Source: Balanoglossus misakiensis (taxonomy: Eukaryota > Animalia > Hemichordata). Taken from it: a DNA stretch of 64,000 bases. Under the pieces are notes generated by a model. The model saw only the letters and a program-made list of their open reading frames with translations, was not told the DNA's origin and made no database searches. A program made the translations under genes and the position numbers. This document shows, piece by piece, positions 1 to 12,900 of the stretch; position 1 is the first letter of the stretch, and each line of letters opens with the position of its first letter. The DNA is taken from the NCBI GenBank assembly GCA_040954595.2, contig CM082582.2:12086415-12150414 (forward strand), written 5' to 3'.

Positions 1-911
1 ACAGAACAAATGCATTGCTAATACTCATTTCGGGACTCTGGCATATTACCTTTCTACATTGAAACGTTGATATTATCATATTGGATTGCGGGGAAAAAAC
101 GCAGGCCGAAAAGAGGATAATGGCTTCCAAAATCAATGTCATCGCATATATAGCTCGATGGCCTTTCTCGGCACTTTAAGAACTTTCTGATGGTAAGTTT
201 TGATAAAGTTTGTAATTGAAATGAAGATGGGTGATAGATGAGGCGAGAAAGTGGCCAAGGAGAGTGTTAAGATAGCGGCCAGATCATACCCATTCTGACG
301 TGTTAAAGTGCCTACAAAAGATCAAACGTGTCAACCTTTCACAGATATTCAAATTAACACCGGCCGTAGATTTCGGTATTGGACACGTTGTAATGAACAC
401 AACGATTGGCGGCCGTTGTGACGTTTCTCTGTAATGACCCTACTGATTGGTCAATCGATTTGCCTGTTGTGGCATTGCGTTGGCGCATACTGACACATCC
501 CTCCCCCGTTAATTTCTCGAAATTAACGACAAAATAACCGAATGCTGACCAGTTATTGCTTTCTTCGTACTCAACCAATAAAAAAGCTTTGTTCTTGGAA
601 GACTCAACGTTTGCACTGTTGTCGCATACCCGTCTACAATAACGTCTACGACAAGAAACTAAGACAGGCAAACACATACACGGCCTGTTTACTGTTATAC
701 ACACATGCATTGAGTGTTGAACATGTTTTGTTCACATCATCTCATGGGCAAAAAACAACAGTGGACAATAAAGAGGGATCGAGGTCATATAAACCAACCA
801 AACAAACAAACAAACGATGAAATATGTAATGAAATGTAATGCACCAATATTGGTAAATTTCAATGGATAACTGACTACAACATCTATAATATGAAGATGA
901 GAGTAACTTAC

Positions 912-3900
912 GTGTCCAGTTTGGTCCAGCTCGTTATTGGTAAGTTTAAGTTTTTCAAAAGACACCATTTGTTTCTGCAGTTGCTCTCCGGTGAAGGGCG
1001 AGTCCGGGTGAATGTATAGCCTCGCCGGTAAAGGCGGGTCGGCCTTCCCGGCCACCAGCCAAGATGACCGGTGGTATGCGTAGCGATACCGCTTGTTGTC
1101 CACGGGTACGATGTCCATCAGGACCACGTAGCGGGACTCCGGATTTATGTGACTGAAGGAGACGCGAACCGTCGGAAACATACGTCTGTGAAAATAACAG
1201 AAACAAAGCTTTGGAGTCAATTTTACATAATACAGCATGTATTCTCACATTATATGCACTTTTTGTAAAGAGGTTTATCACAGAAAAAAGTCAAATGACT
1301 CCAAAATATGCTTCAGAAAATACTGGGTCAGGGCAGGTGACGTTATCGATCTGACACGAATGCTCTCTGCACTGAAAAAAGGGGCTTCCCGTTTACACAC
1401 TGAGCGAACACCTTCACCAGACAATTTCTGTCGTTTGTGCAAATTATCAGTTCAACGCATTTGCACATAAAACGTTTCCTTACTAATCTGTTATAGACGT
1501 TAATCCGAAGATTTGAGAGAACAGTCGCGTCTAAAATTATCTATTGTCTCTATGGTAGACCGCAATTGGCGACCAAATATGGTTTCCAGAGTCAGCCGAG
1601 AATAGTTTTGGTAACGGGTAGACATGAAGTATGTCGTTGCCGTCTGTTCAATATCAACATGGAAAAAAATATGTGCCCATGTTTCAAGTTAACTCCCTTT
1701 GCTAAATGACGTCATATTTCACCACCTACCCGGTTTTTATTCGCGCCAATATTACCCGCAAAGCCATCCGGCGAGAGACGGTGGTGCTACTTGATAGACT
1801 GAACACGGCCCTTGTCATAAACGGATGTTTATACACTGTGTAGTTAGTCACCCGTAAGTATAGGTGATGGGGTGTACTTGTGAAAATGTTTTTTGTGTTG
1901 AACAACATAAGCGTTGAAAATCCGACTCGGGGGAGTTGTCTGAATGAGTCCTTCATAAACTATCGGTGTTCACGCTCCACCACATCGGCATCTGTGCCGG
2001 AGACGGAGGGAGAAAAAAGCGAACAAATCTGCATTTTATAACTCATTGTCAGGCAGAGATCCGCGCTAATGGCCGCGCCATAGCTAAAGCAAGCCCCGGC
2101 GAAGTTTCGCTTGATTGCAGACTCTCGGAGAACATGACAGATCCAGGGTCGCATCATCTGCAACAAATTCATCATCTCCCATGTCATTTGAGTTAGTTGA
2201 ATTAATTAAACATCGTACTCGCTCTGCAGACAGTCCATTTAAAATCAATTTACTTTTTCTTCTCCAACACAGTTCCGTCGCTGCGTTTCTGTCCGAGTTA
2301 ATTTCACTCGCCCGGACCCCCTGAACATACCATAATCGGGGCGCCATTCGCTTATCTGACATAAAAAAATCATCGCACATCGTCTTTAAAATGTTCCAAA
2401 TGCATTTCGTTTAAAGCAAAGACAAAGTTAATTTCACAGATGGGGGCCATATTCCGCGTAATGTACAAATGGGAAGGTGTAATTCTAGGTGAAAATTATC
2501 AACGCATAATGTGTTGAGAGGGGGGACCCAATTTGAAACGTTTCCGCATCGAAGACACGCTCAACGTAAATTCGTTCTCCAGCCCGTGAAATTGTATATT
2601 CTGGTCGAATATAACCAACCGGAACTGTTGTGCTTGTCTAAATTTCCCCCATTTCACGAGGAAATCGTCGAAAATGGGCTTGACGGGCAACGTCAAAGTA
2701 GAAATAATGTTATCGCGGTTATTAGTCCCTATCTATAGCTGTTATTCCACCAAACTAAACCCTTCTGGCACGCCTGCATTGTCGTAACTTAACTTAGTTT
2801 TCACTTATTAGCTTGGCAGATTTAACGTGGATTAGTCACACACAAAGCAGTCAGACAGGATTACCAAACAAAATTTGTAAAATTTGAATTACACCGTCGT
2901 TGTAAATCAATTTTTCAGCCCGAAATTGGACAGTTTCTCCGGGAAATTAACCCACCCGCACGCGATACCGTGCTACCGAAATACCAACTAAACTTTGCAC
3001 AGGGCCACTTAAATTTTGTTTTAAAAACCCTTGAGCCAAATAATTACTTAATAATTATTTAAGTACGGCAAGCTTTTTAACTACGTTGCTAAAATCTACA
3101 AGCGATTTTCATGAGGTTTGATATTAATTTTAACTGTATGAAAAGTAACACGAATACAACTCGGTAGGGAGAGCCCGAGGCCGTGAGATAAATTGTCAAT
3201 GAGGTTGGCATATTTTGAAGTGAAAAAAAAACTCTTTGAAAAAAAATATTACAAAACTTGGATTTCGATAAAATTTGAAAAGAAAATTAATCTATAAAAT
3301 GAAAACGGCAAACAACGAGGTGAAGTTGCATTCTATATGCTCAACACGACCATCGTTCTCCTATTCTGCAGTGAGGTACACAGTCTTGACTATTTGGGGC
3401 GCATACTTTTCAGGAATACGGTACTTGGACTTGTGTCGACGGGAAGGGAAAATTAGAGGGGCGATTTCACAAGCTTTACACTTCATACGTTTCCGATGGA
3501 ACCCGAATCAAGAATTACTGAAGGGAAATAAAACTTGAGACCAGAATTAGATGAGTTGGCCGATGAGTCGGATTTTAATGGTCCACTCGGATATCGCACT
3601 CGCAGCGGGTTATAATTGGAATGCTCAAGCGACGGATGTGTGACGAGCCACCTCGATTACACATCTCATCACTTTTCGACGGCGACAGACTCGTTCTTGT
3701 TGTTTTCCGGCCGAACGTCGGCCAATCATTGCTCACTTTCATCGCGAAAAGAAGAGACATTTCAGAACAGCCGAAACACATGCTTCCTGATGTCTCCTAT
3801 ACCTCACCAATATTCGTGGCAAATTAACTAAAATATGAAATACTGAAATACTCAAGTTGAAAATCACTGTCGCCGAATTCAGCAAGGGTAGGACCTTCTC

Positions 3901-6900
3901 GAAAGGTTAATGAAAACAACTTTGTAGTGCATTTTAAGTCATACACGAGAAATGACATTTTGTATTCCGAGCGAAAAGGAGACATTACTTTATAATTCAA
4001 TGATAGATTTCAGAATTTAGATTTAGAATTCCACGGGGGTTCCGTTACAATTTCTACCTATCAAATAAAATGGCTCCCTCATGTAATCTCAATGTTATGG
4101 TTAATGCCAACGATCACCATTCAAACAAAATACAATATCAAAGCCTGTGTCTAGTCAACAAAAACAGCGACAAACAAATAAACACTCTCTGGTCTTCTGT
4201 GCACGTTTCTCTGCCTCTACATTTTAGTGCGAGTGTAGTGACTAGCACGCCATGCCCCACCCATCGGGGGATGATACTCGTCCACCCCCAGGGGTTTGAT
4301 GTTTGGTGGTCGGGCGAGTTAACGAGGTAAAGTGCTCACAACTTTTGTCATCATTAAGCGGTGCTAATTATGTGACCGCTGGGACATGTACTGACAGGCA
4401 AAACAAAGCAAGCTCTCTATCAAGACTACAATCTATAATTAATGCATGAAAATCCGACAAAAACTATTCACATTTCGTTGAAAGTTAAGCTAGACTGATC
4501 GTTCATCATTCTGGCTCGGTCGCCGCTGGTGATAGGGTTCAGCCCAAAGCAGGTGGTACTACAACGCTTACAAGTACAAAACGCTAACCGCAGAACAGGC
4601 CGAATTTTCACGACAAATGTTTGTGTTATCCTTGGATGAAACGTCGATGAATTTTGATACTTTCCCGTGTGCTAAGTCAAAAGCGAGCTTCGAAACAACA
4701 GTATATAGACGTCGATATATAATTCATCAGATTCGACGCATGCCTGAAAAACGTTTCCAATAAACTTCATAAATGTAAATTTTTGATCGTTTATAAAATT
4801 AATCCTAGGTGCTGATGGGAGCGAGTTAATCCGGATTCAAGGCAAACTAAAGTCTATGAATATTTTTTCACGGTGCACATCATTGGAAGAGAATCATGAT
4901 CTACACAAGGTGCCAAAATTCGTTCAATTTTTTTGTCTCAAAAATATTAAAGAATTTAAAGAAAATGCGAGAAAGACGTATACATAGCGACATGACGATC
5001 GTGTACCTTATTGTATGATTTTTAATATTCATTCGAAAGTAGTTAAACAGCGCGCGGACGTTCCTGCGAAATAGCTATTATACAATTATATAATGAGATT
5101 AAAGTTTTCCTCAAAATTCTGTCGACCATTTGTGACATTTGCCACCGGAAAAACATAACTCTTCATTTGTGCTTTAGGATTCTGAAATGGTTCGCGGTTC
5201 AGTGGTCTTTCTATCTATCACGACTTGATTGTCAAAGGCGGTCGGCGGGAATGGGCTCGGAATTTACTGCACCCCGAGAAACGCTCGGTTTTATCTGGGG
5301 GCGAGGGTGGGTCTGTTTTGGGGGCGTTTATCTGTAAAGGTTAGACACCGCCGTGGTGGGAAGTGGTAGGAGGGGGAGATGGGGAGGGGGGAGGGTGTAA
5401 TCTGATGGACGCGGAAGAGAAATGGCGGAGATGGAGACAGACGAAATTCATAAAAGTGATAGTGGTGCCAGCTCGCTATTTGCCATCGTTCCTCCCATCT
5501 GTTCGTTTCATTACTGGAAATGAGGGTTTAGCATGGGGTCTGTCTGCAGCACTAACCGCAAAAGCGAGCATCAATCCCCGTGATCCAATCCATACAATAT
5601 AACCAACTCCTAGATAAAAACCTGAGACAAGCCCTCTCCTGCAATTTACGCGAACCGCACTCATGTAGTTTTCTTTTCAACGTGGCGTGCGCTTTCAACA
5701 TTTCCAGCGTGCTGACAGGACAAGTTTGCGTTTCGCATTCAGGCTCTCACTTGCACATTTTACATACTAATTGAATTCATCATCGCATCTCAGTCAACAT
5801 TCCAACTTTCTGACGATTGGGGAATCGGTTTTTATTTTTAATTTTTAAAATACTTACACTTAACATGCGATTATATTATTATAAATGGGGCTTTGTGAAC
5901 TTCTGTGAAGTTTACGAGTAGAAATAAAAGGTAAATCGCGGAAGATATTTGTCAACGTGAGCGAATGTCAAACTTAGCATGTCCCACGGTGGTCGAATGC
6001 GTTGAAGCGTGGTTGTCTACCTCGTGTTATAGATATTAAGTCTCATTATGGGCGGAATACGTTGCAGTAAGTAATCTGCAGTTTTTTTCACTCGATGTTC
6101 TGGTTCATCTTTTATCATTATACACATCATGGGTGCAGCCATGCATACCGTGTCTCAACCTTATTAGCCGAACACACTCCTCCTCTATACTCTAAGCTAT
6201 CGCCGCCGTTTTGTTAGCCGTTTTGCCGCTCAATTGACAGTCATTTCCGCGACCGTAAGCCGGGCAAACGTTGCCCCGCGCGTGTACCATGATCGACTGG
6301 TGGAAATTACGCCTTTCTCTCCTACTATAAAAGTGTTTAAGAAACCTTCTGTGAATTCGACGTCATTCATTTGTCCGATCTCATTTCTTAGTTCTTTGAC
6401 AAAATTCAAAGGATTTCCATTCCGCCTTGTAAGTCAGAACACAGTCTAATTGTATTCACTATACACACACTTTTCGGAGAGAGAAAAAAGCGAGTCACCT
6501 TTTTTTCGTCAGCTCTTTATTCTCCAACGCATGAGAAACTCCCCATGAGGACTCGTTTTCCCGGAGGACATATATTTTGCTGGATTTCTGGTGACATTTG
6601 TTTTAAACAAAAGGAGGAACAAATGGACGCAATTATTTTGTTCGTCTGGGCCGGCAATGGAGAGAGCGAGAGACTTTGTGTAACAGCCTCCGCGCGACGC
6701 ACTGGAGAATTGTCATCCCCGAACCGCAAGCTTGTCAGCCGGTGACATGTGAGCTTTGTGATCTATAGGCTAATGTTTCCATTTGGACAGATATCTGACG
6801 TTTGGGGGACGATTCTTTTAAATTTAAGCAGACGAACCGGTGTTGTTTGGAAAGAGCGAAACCTGTGTTGTTGTCGTTTTAAAAACGGGAGAATTCTCGC

Positions 6901-8089
6901 CATGCTGTTTCAAGTGGGCGAGATGACTCTCCATATTCCACGCCAAATATCGCGGAGTTGCTCTTCCCTTTATGCTGCGATCAGCGGCCGATATGAGTTG
7001 TTTTCTTTTGCTACCCCTTCGTGCACATACAAATTCTGACCGTTCTGAACCGCAGTGACGACACTGAGAATCTTTAAAGCGGACCTTACCTTCCCGACTT
7101 CGTTATGATCATCTCCGTCCCCAAGTCGTGAAATTTGTCCCACAGTTCCTTGGTCTCCAGTTTGCAAGTGACTTTGGTCATTTCTTCGCTCAGTTTTCCC
7201 GCGTTGCCAATCTGCGGCTGAGAGTTCATCGTGGCCCCAGCCGTGACGTGGATCGGTCCCGAAGATACAGGCGACTTGGGGTCGCTGACCATCTCGCTAT
7301 TCGTCTGTTGGATGCGGCTAGACTTTTCCACGAAATCTTCTACGGGAAGACATCAGACACATAGTTAGTCAAAATACGAACATCACAGAGGGTAAGAATT
7401 TGTGGTGATGTCAAAGTTTTTTTTAAATCTGGCAATCTCCCGGGATTATTGACTCAGTACAATTCAAAACGGTTCGAATTTCAATATTCGATAATATGGG
7501 TCACTTCGAGCGATATAACTATGCAGAAATTTAACGCGCTCGTAATAATCAGCGAACGGGCGACCCAAAGTTGTATATAATATTCTCTAGGAGCAGCGGA
7601 GTTGAAGACATGCGTGCCACTCGAGGTCCGAGACATCTTTTCTATTTGTCATGTCATAAAAAGCTCAAAGTAAACCCAATACCATGTCAGGTCCTTAATA
7701 AACCATAATGTTCCCCTAACCACTCCACCAGCTGCAAGAATTTGCTGGGTCCATTTACACTTTGTTAAATTTGCCATGTATAGTTTGGACTATTAAACGA
7801 GCCTGGGTCTATTAACATTGACAAAACTTAAGTACATTTTGTACTCACCCAGTGGACGTAGTGCGTGGTCGCCCGGACTGTTGTCGGCGCTGCTGCTACT
7901 AGTGATGTTCGCGTTATGACCCAGAGAAGCATCGCTGTTGTTTTTACTGGTGTTGGTGGTAGTAGTAGTACTGGACGCGTTCCCTTTAGCTTTGGAACTG
8001 GAATTGGTCGTCGAAATCAGAGCCTCTATGGAGAAAGCGTTGGCTCTTGTTGACAGCTGAGGTTTCGTCGCTACGCTTGTTGTCTCCAT
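912..8089 (-). CDS. TBX20: T-box transcription factor Tbx20, 5' part (3 coding exons; gene continues beyond the left edge)
   Basis: Exons 8089-7849, 7339-7090 and 1185-912 join in frame with GT-AG boundaries. The N-terminus [26 protein letters not shown] is Tbx20-type and contains an eh1 motif. T-box sequence: [24 protein letters not shown]|[10 protein letters not shown]...[37 protein letters not shown]...[12 protein letters not shown]. The next exon (IILNSMH...) was not found in the window. Confidence 0.96.
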
Positions 8090-8249
8090 GCTGTGAGGTG
8101 AATCCGTGCTGATCTGCCGGGCGAGTTTCACGCTGTTCTGCAGGGGCGATGCTAAAAATGTGGTTCGCAGCTCAGACCAGCAAAATCATGAATGGTGTCA
8201 GAAATAAAAACCTGTACTCTCTCTTTAGACGCGCGGGGAAAGTTGCCTA

Positions 8250-9130
8250 TCACTTTAAGTGAAGGTTGTCTGTAAGGTGCGCTGTTTAAAGCGAGGCTCG
8301 GCGCATATGAAGGCTCGCGTCAAATGTGTTGGTGAAGTGACGCTCGAACGAAGAACCGCGCGATTGGTCCAGTGTCGGTTGAGCTTGACAGTGTACGTAT
8401 GGGTGGATGCAACACAAGCAAGTTTAGTGATCGCAAGTGGACTGTATTCCACCTTGTCTATGTTTTGTATAAGCTCAGCAGGGCAGGCCTAAGTTGCAGT
8501 CAGTGTAAATCTGGTGTAATTGGACCACAATTAATTTGACGTCCGCTCCTAATCTCTATCAACACATTCCGCGCCGGCCAATGGCAGCGCGGAACGTCAC
8601 CCTGCGTTCGCTAAATGGCATTAATATTTAATATCCTTGGGGATATTCCAGATTTTCAACACTCTGCCGGCATTTCCTGCTTGTTTCCTGCCTTTTACAG
8701 CTTCTACCTGCCCGTCTTCGTTACTCGACGAGGCGGGAGGGACGCGCCACAATGCAGCCGAGCGTGCACAAATGCGATTTTCGAGAAGTGAAAGAGTAAC
8801 TGTCGACCTCCATTCAGGGCAGTAAATGTTGTTATGTAGATGCCTTTGAAAGACTTTGTTGGCTGGTAATTGGCCCTGTATTGACAACGCGAAAAGGACA
8901 TCCTCAGCCAACCACTCAGCCCCGCTGTTTATAATATTTAATTGATTTGTTTTACTTTTCTATTTATCCACCACACATGGGCTGAGCCTTACCGGGAAAG
9001 GGGGGGGGGGGTGACTGGTGGACGGAGGAGGGGGGGGGGGCTGGCACGTGATTTATTTGTGAAAATTAGGGCGAACGTCAACACCTATGGAAAGCCGTAA
9101 TTGTGGGGGCCAAGATGCGTGTCTAGACGG
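8250..9130 (-). promoter_or_regulatory. Tbx20 proximal promoter/upstream element
   Basis: CpG-rich, with CCAAT boxes near 8362, 8519 and 8578. G12 and G11 runs at 9000-9040, E-box CACGTG at 9045-9050, T-box half-site AGGTGTTGA (minus, 9078-9086) and palindromic Smad element GTCTAGAC at 9121-9128. These are motif matches only. Confidence 0.5.
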
Positions 9131-9931
9131 TAAATGAATGGTGGAGACAGTTGCTTTGCCTTAATGAAGTTGGTGTGTTTAACCCGTCAGTGCATAGGCT
9201 ACCGGGATCATCACTATCATCTGCACAGCGATCTGTATACTTTAACGACATTCTTTTCTATCAGAGGCGCAATGTTTTACCCGTGTCGCTGTAGCCTGCT
9301 CTAATCCTCGCTATACCACACACACTGTTGACTTTACTGTGCATGGATTTGCCAGCTATTTCGACGGCTTAGAATAACGACATAAACAATCTGAATCCAA
9401 CGCTCGCTCCTAATCCGGCAAATATTCACAAATATTGCACATTTCCAAATTAAACATCGCAAGAACTCAAGGATAGACGCAATGACACTTCACCGAATGG
9501 GAAACAGAGAGTCACAAACTGTAATAACGCCTGAAGCAATTACATCGGCCAATTTTATGGTTCGTCGTTTTCATTGTTAAACCAGGTCTGAAGTTCTGAA
9601 AAAATTACCCATTTTATGATTATCACCTTACATAAATTCGGAATTTTGATCATGTGAACAAGTGAGGGGGCAGTAAAGTTTGTTCGAGAACTGAGTTAAT
9701 TTTGCTAAGAACGAGAGAGGGTGAAAAAGAAACAGACAGAGAGACATACGGGGAGACAGATATCCGATCTGAATTCAACTGACCCTTTGGCGTCAACCAT
9801 CGACGCACAGACAGTGCATGCTATCCTTCATCGAGCTGGAAACACGATAAAAGACGCAAAATGAACAATCTTTTTGTGTGTATATTTCAAACGAGGGAGA
9901 AATAAGCACGACGGGCGCGGAGCTTGGCGGA

Positions 9932-9945
9932 CGCGCGCGCGCGCG
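9932..9945. repeat. (CG)7 alternating tract (Z-DNA-prone)
   Basis: cgcgcgcgcgcgcg read directly in a GC-rich patch upstream of Tbx20. Confidence 0.8.
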
Positions 9946-12900
9946 GGCCGGGCGAGCACGCGCTCTTTCTCTGTGAAATGAACAGCGCAGAAGTCGCAAT
10001 TAGCTGGAAGACTTTAGTTAGGAGTGAATGGAACAACGGCGATGTTTTTACAGCGACTACTAATCCCGCAATGCGACTAACCTAACACAATTGGGTTAAA
10101 ATGTTTGAACAAAACTGATTAATTTTCAGACTAGATTCCGCTAAGCTGTCTACTCGTCATGAATTCAGACCGGCTTGATCAAAACCCGTCTCACAGGAAT
10201 ACCATCAAAAAGACAAATCAGTGAAAATAAAGTCCAGCTCTTCATATTCTGAAATGACTTTTGAGCTTCTGTTTTTACACCAGGGGATGTTTTTTAAAAC
10301 TTATTTCGCGCGCGAGTCCAAAAAGATTGAAGTTAAAAATATATCAGCCAGCGAAAAAAAAATCGCCACAAAAGTGTGCGTGAAAAGAGCAAGGCACAGT
10401 AAGTTTATGGAGCAACGCGAGTAATGGGCGGTTATAATTCTGTCGAGTCAATTAAGAGACGAGAGCAGGGCCGGCCGCACCTGATACACGGCACAATGTG
10501 ATATAATTTGGAAAATTAAAGTTTTCAACACAAATTACTTTTAATAAATATGATTTGATGGTATAGGGTAGGCCAAATTACCCTTGCCGGCAAAAGTATT
10601 TAATTTCTAATTGGTTCGCTTTGGTGTTTAGTTTCCATTGATTTGATTTAGAGCCCAAATCTCGGCGATTTGTGACAGCACAAAAAATGACGCCTGAATA
10701 TACAACATAAACAGCACATTACATTTTGTTAGGCTGCGTGTAGTTGATTTCGCCTCATTTAGTTTCACAAAACGCTGACAAATGTAGCAAAAATGACTTA
10801 ACAATTGCACTGTAGGCGGCATTGGACTGACTTTCACGCCGTTTGACTCACTGCTCTTTTTTTTGGACTGTCGATGTGTCGATCAGCAAGTCACTTTTGA
10901 AGTTTCACCTTGTCAGGCCATGAATTGGATTTAGTCTCCATCTCCGCATGACGACATGTTCGCGACAGTTGGCTTGGCCGGTTTAATGCCATTCTCCCAA
11001 ATTAACCTCACGTTTACGCGGCTGCCAGTCCTCACTAAGCCGACTGACGCGAGGGAAGTGTCGTGTGCACGGGAACAAAAATTCACAAAATCATAGACTT
11101 CTTGCTAAAATATCATAGCGAGAGTTGACTTTCGTTGTTTGCAATTGAAAGCAAGCACTGGATTGGTCGAAATGGATCGTCTGCGTACAACTCGATACCG
11201 CACGAACAAAAGTAAAATATCATGACACATTAATAAATTGATTGTTCTAACTACAAGGTAAACATAACGGGTTTCAGTATTGTCTTTTGAGCGCAATGAA
11301 AGGTTAGCGACATTCAAGTGTCTGCACCTCTGATCAACCCTCACGGCATAATGAACCGTGTGTGTTTTTTTCCTCCCGGATCTAAACATTAACAGCATTG
11401 TGAGGAAAGAATCACCCGCTAATTATGATGGATAAAAAAGTCCTTGGATTCTCTGTAGGGAAGGAATGGACTCCGGCTCGAAATTGATGACGACGGTTGA
11501 TACAATTTATGTTCGGTGGAAATCTAATAATTTGACAAAATTTAACCCAGTAGATGAACACATAAATAAAGCGATAACTAAACGTTTCACCATATTTAAA
11601 ACAATTAGGACTAATTCATAGTTCTGCGTTACAGGAATACGTGATTACGAGGGCAAGTGATGACGGTGGGGATTTCTGGCGCCAAACGATGCGCAGGCAA
11701 CAATATTAAACCTCGGTGATCTCTCGCATCACCAAGAGGTGCGCCGGCTTTCAAAAAAGGTAACAATTTGGGGGTTTTGCCGAGAATTATTGGCAAGCAT
11801 CATGAAGTGCGATGCTTATGCACGACGATAATTGCCCTTACCGCTTGGGAGCTACACGACTGGGAAATTTGGAAGCAATAGTTTGAGTTCGTTTCCGCCA
11901 CCATACTTCTTAATTAACTGATTAGCAAGTCGACGTGTGCAATTGTCTTGGGCCATGTAAAAGTCTCCGTCACGCGAATTGTATATATTTGTAAACTCAT
12001 TCTACGTGAACATTGCTTAATTTTATGAAATATGCGCCCGTCGTTAAATATGCTGGCCATATCCAGATGCGCGCTAACGGTGAGTTCGCTGAGGATATTT
12101 ATTGCTCCGCGGTATTCCGCTGTGAGGAGGCAACCGAGCGACAAACACGAACTAACCGTAGTGCATTAGAAAGCATATCATACCTTCCCTCTAACCACAA
12201 GTCAATTGACCTCAAAGTTGATAACAATGAGTAGAAACCCCTGTACTAGTTTTAATAAAATTTCCTATAATGCAATTTCTGTCCGGCTATATTCACCAGA
12301 ATATGTAGTTTACGTTGCCATCGTAACCTTTGTGTTCCAATAATTGACAGAAAAACCACTTGAAACACGCTGCCGATAGAATCCCTTTCTCCGAATATTT
12401 TTTTATGTTTGCGTATCTGAAATCTAACTTGAGTACTAAGTTTCCAATGATTACGCTAAATTCTACTGCGATTCAAAATGGAACCAGACTACATAATTAA
12501 GCACGTATGCGCAAGTCCTGAGAAAACCGAAAGAATGATGTTGCCTGGCTGTGAACGCAAAGCCTGGTAGGTATGATAATAAGAAATGTGTCTTGTGCAT
12601 ATACTTGGTATAATTAGTTTAAAAATAATGAAAGAAAAACTATGTTGAAAGATATCAAGTTTTACTGAAACTACCGCGCCACCAATCGGTGGTTTTATCG
12701 TCGACCATTCTCCATGCACCACTCCTGCATCCTAATCACTTTCCTGACTTTTCCTTTCACGATGGAATTATTACAATAACTTAAAAAATAATCATTTAAT
12801 ATATTCTGCAAAGCGCTAGTTTTGTCGTGGCTGTCAGTATGACATGTTTATCTGAATCGAACTACAACATAATTTGCATATAATGAGTTAATAATGCCAT

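Noticed and set aside
354-710. 118-aa ORF starting MH as a possible next T-box exon
   Set aside because: It reads QHSMHVCIT, not IILNSMHKYQPR, and has no T-box similarity; it is intronic.
2499-2738. Overlapping 65-aa and 75-aa ORFs in Tbx20 intron 2
   Set aside because: No recognisable motifs, and Tbx20 exons 2 and 3 already join in frame without them.
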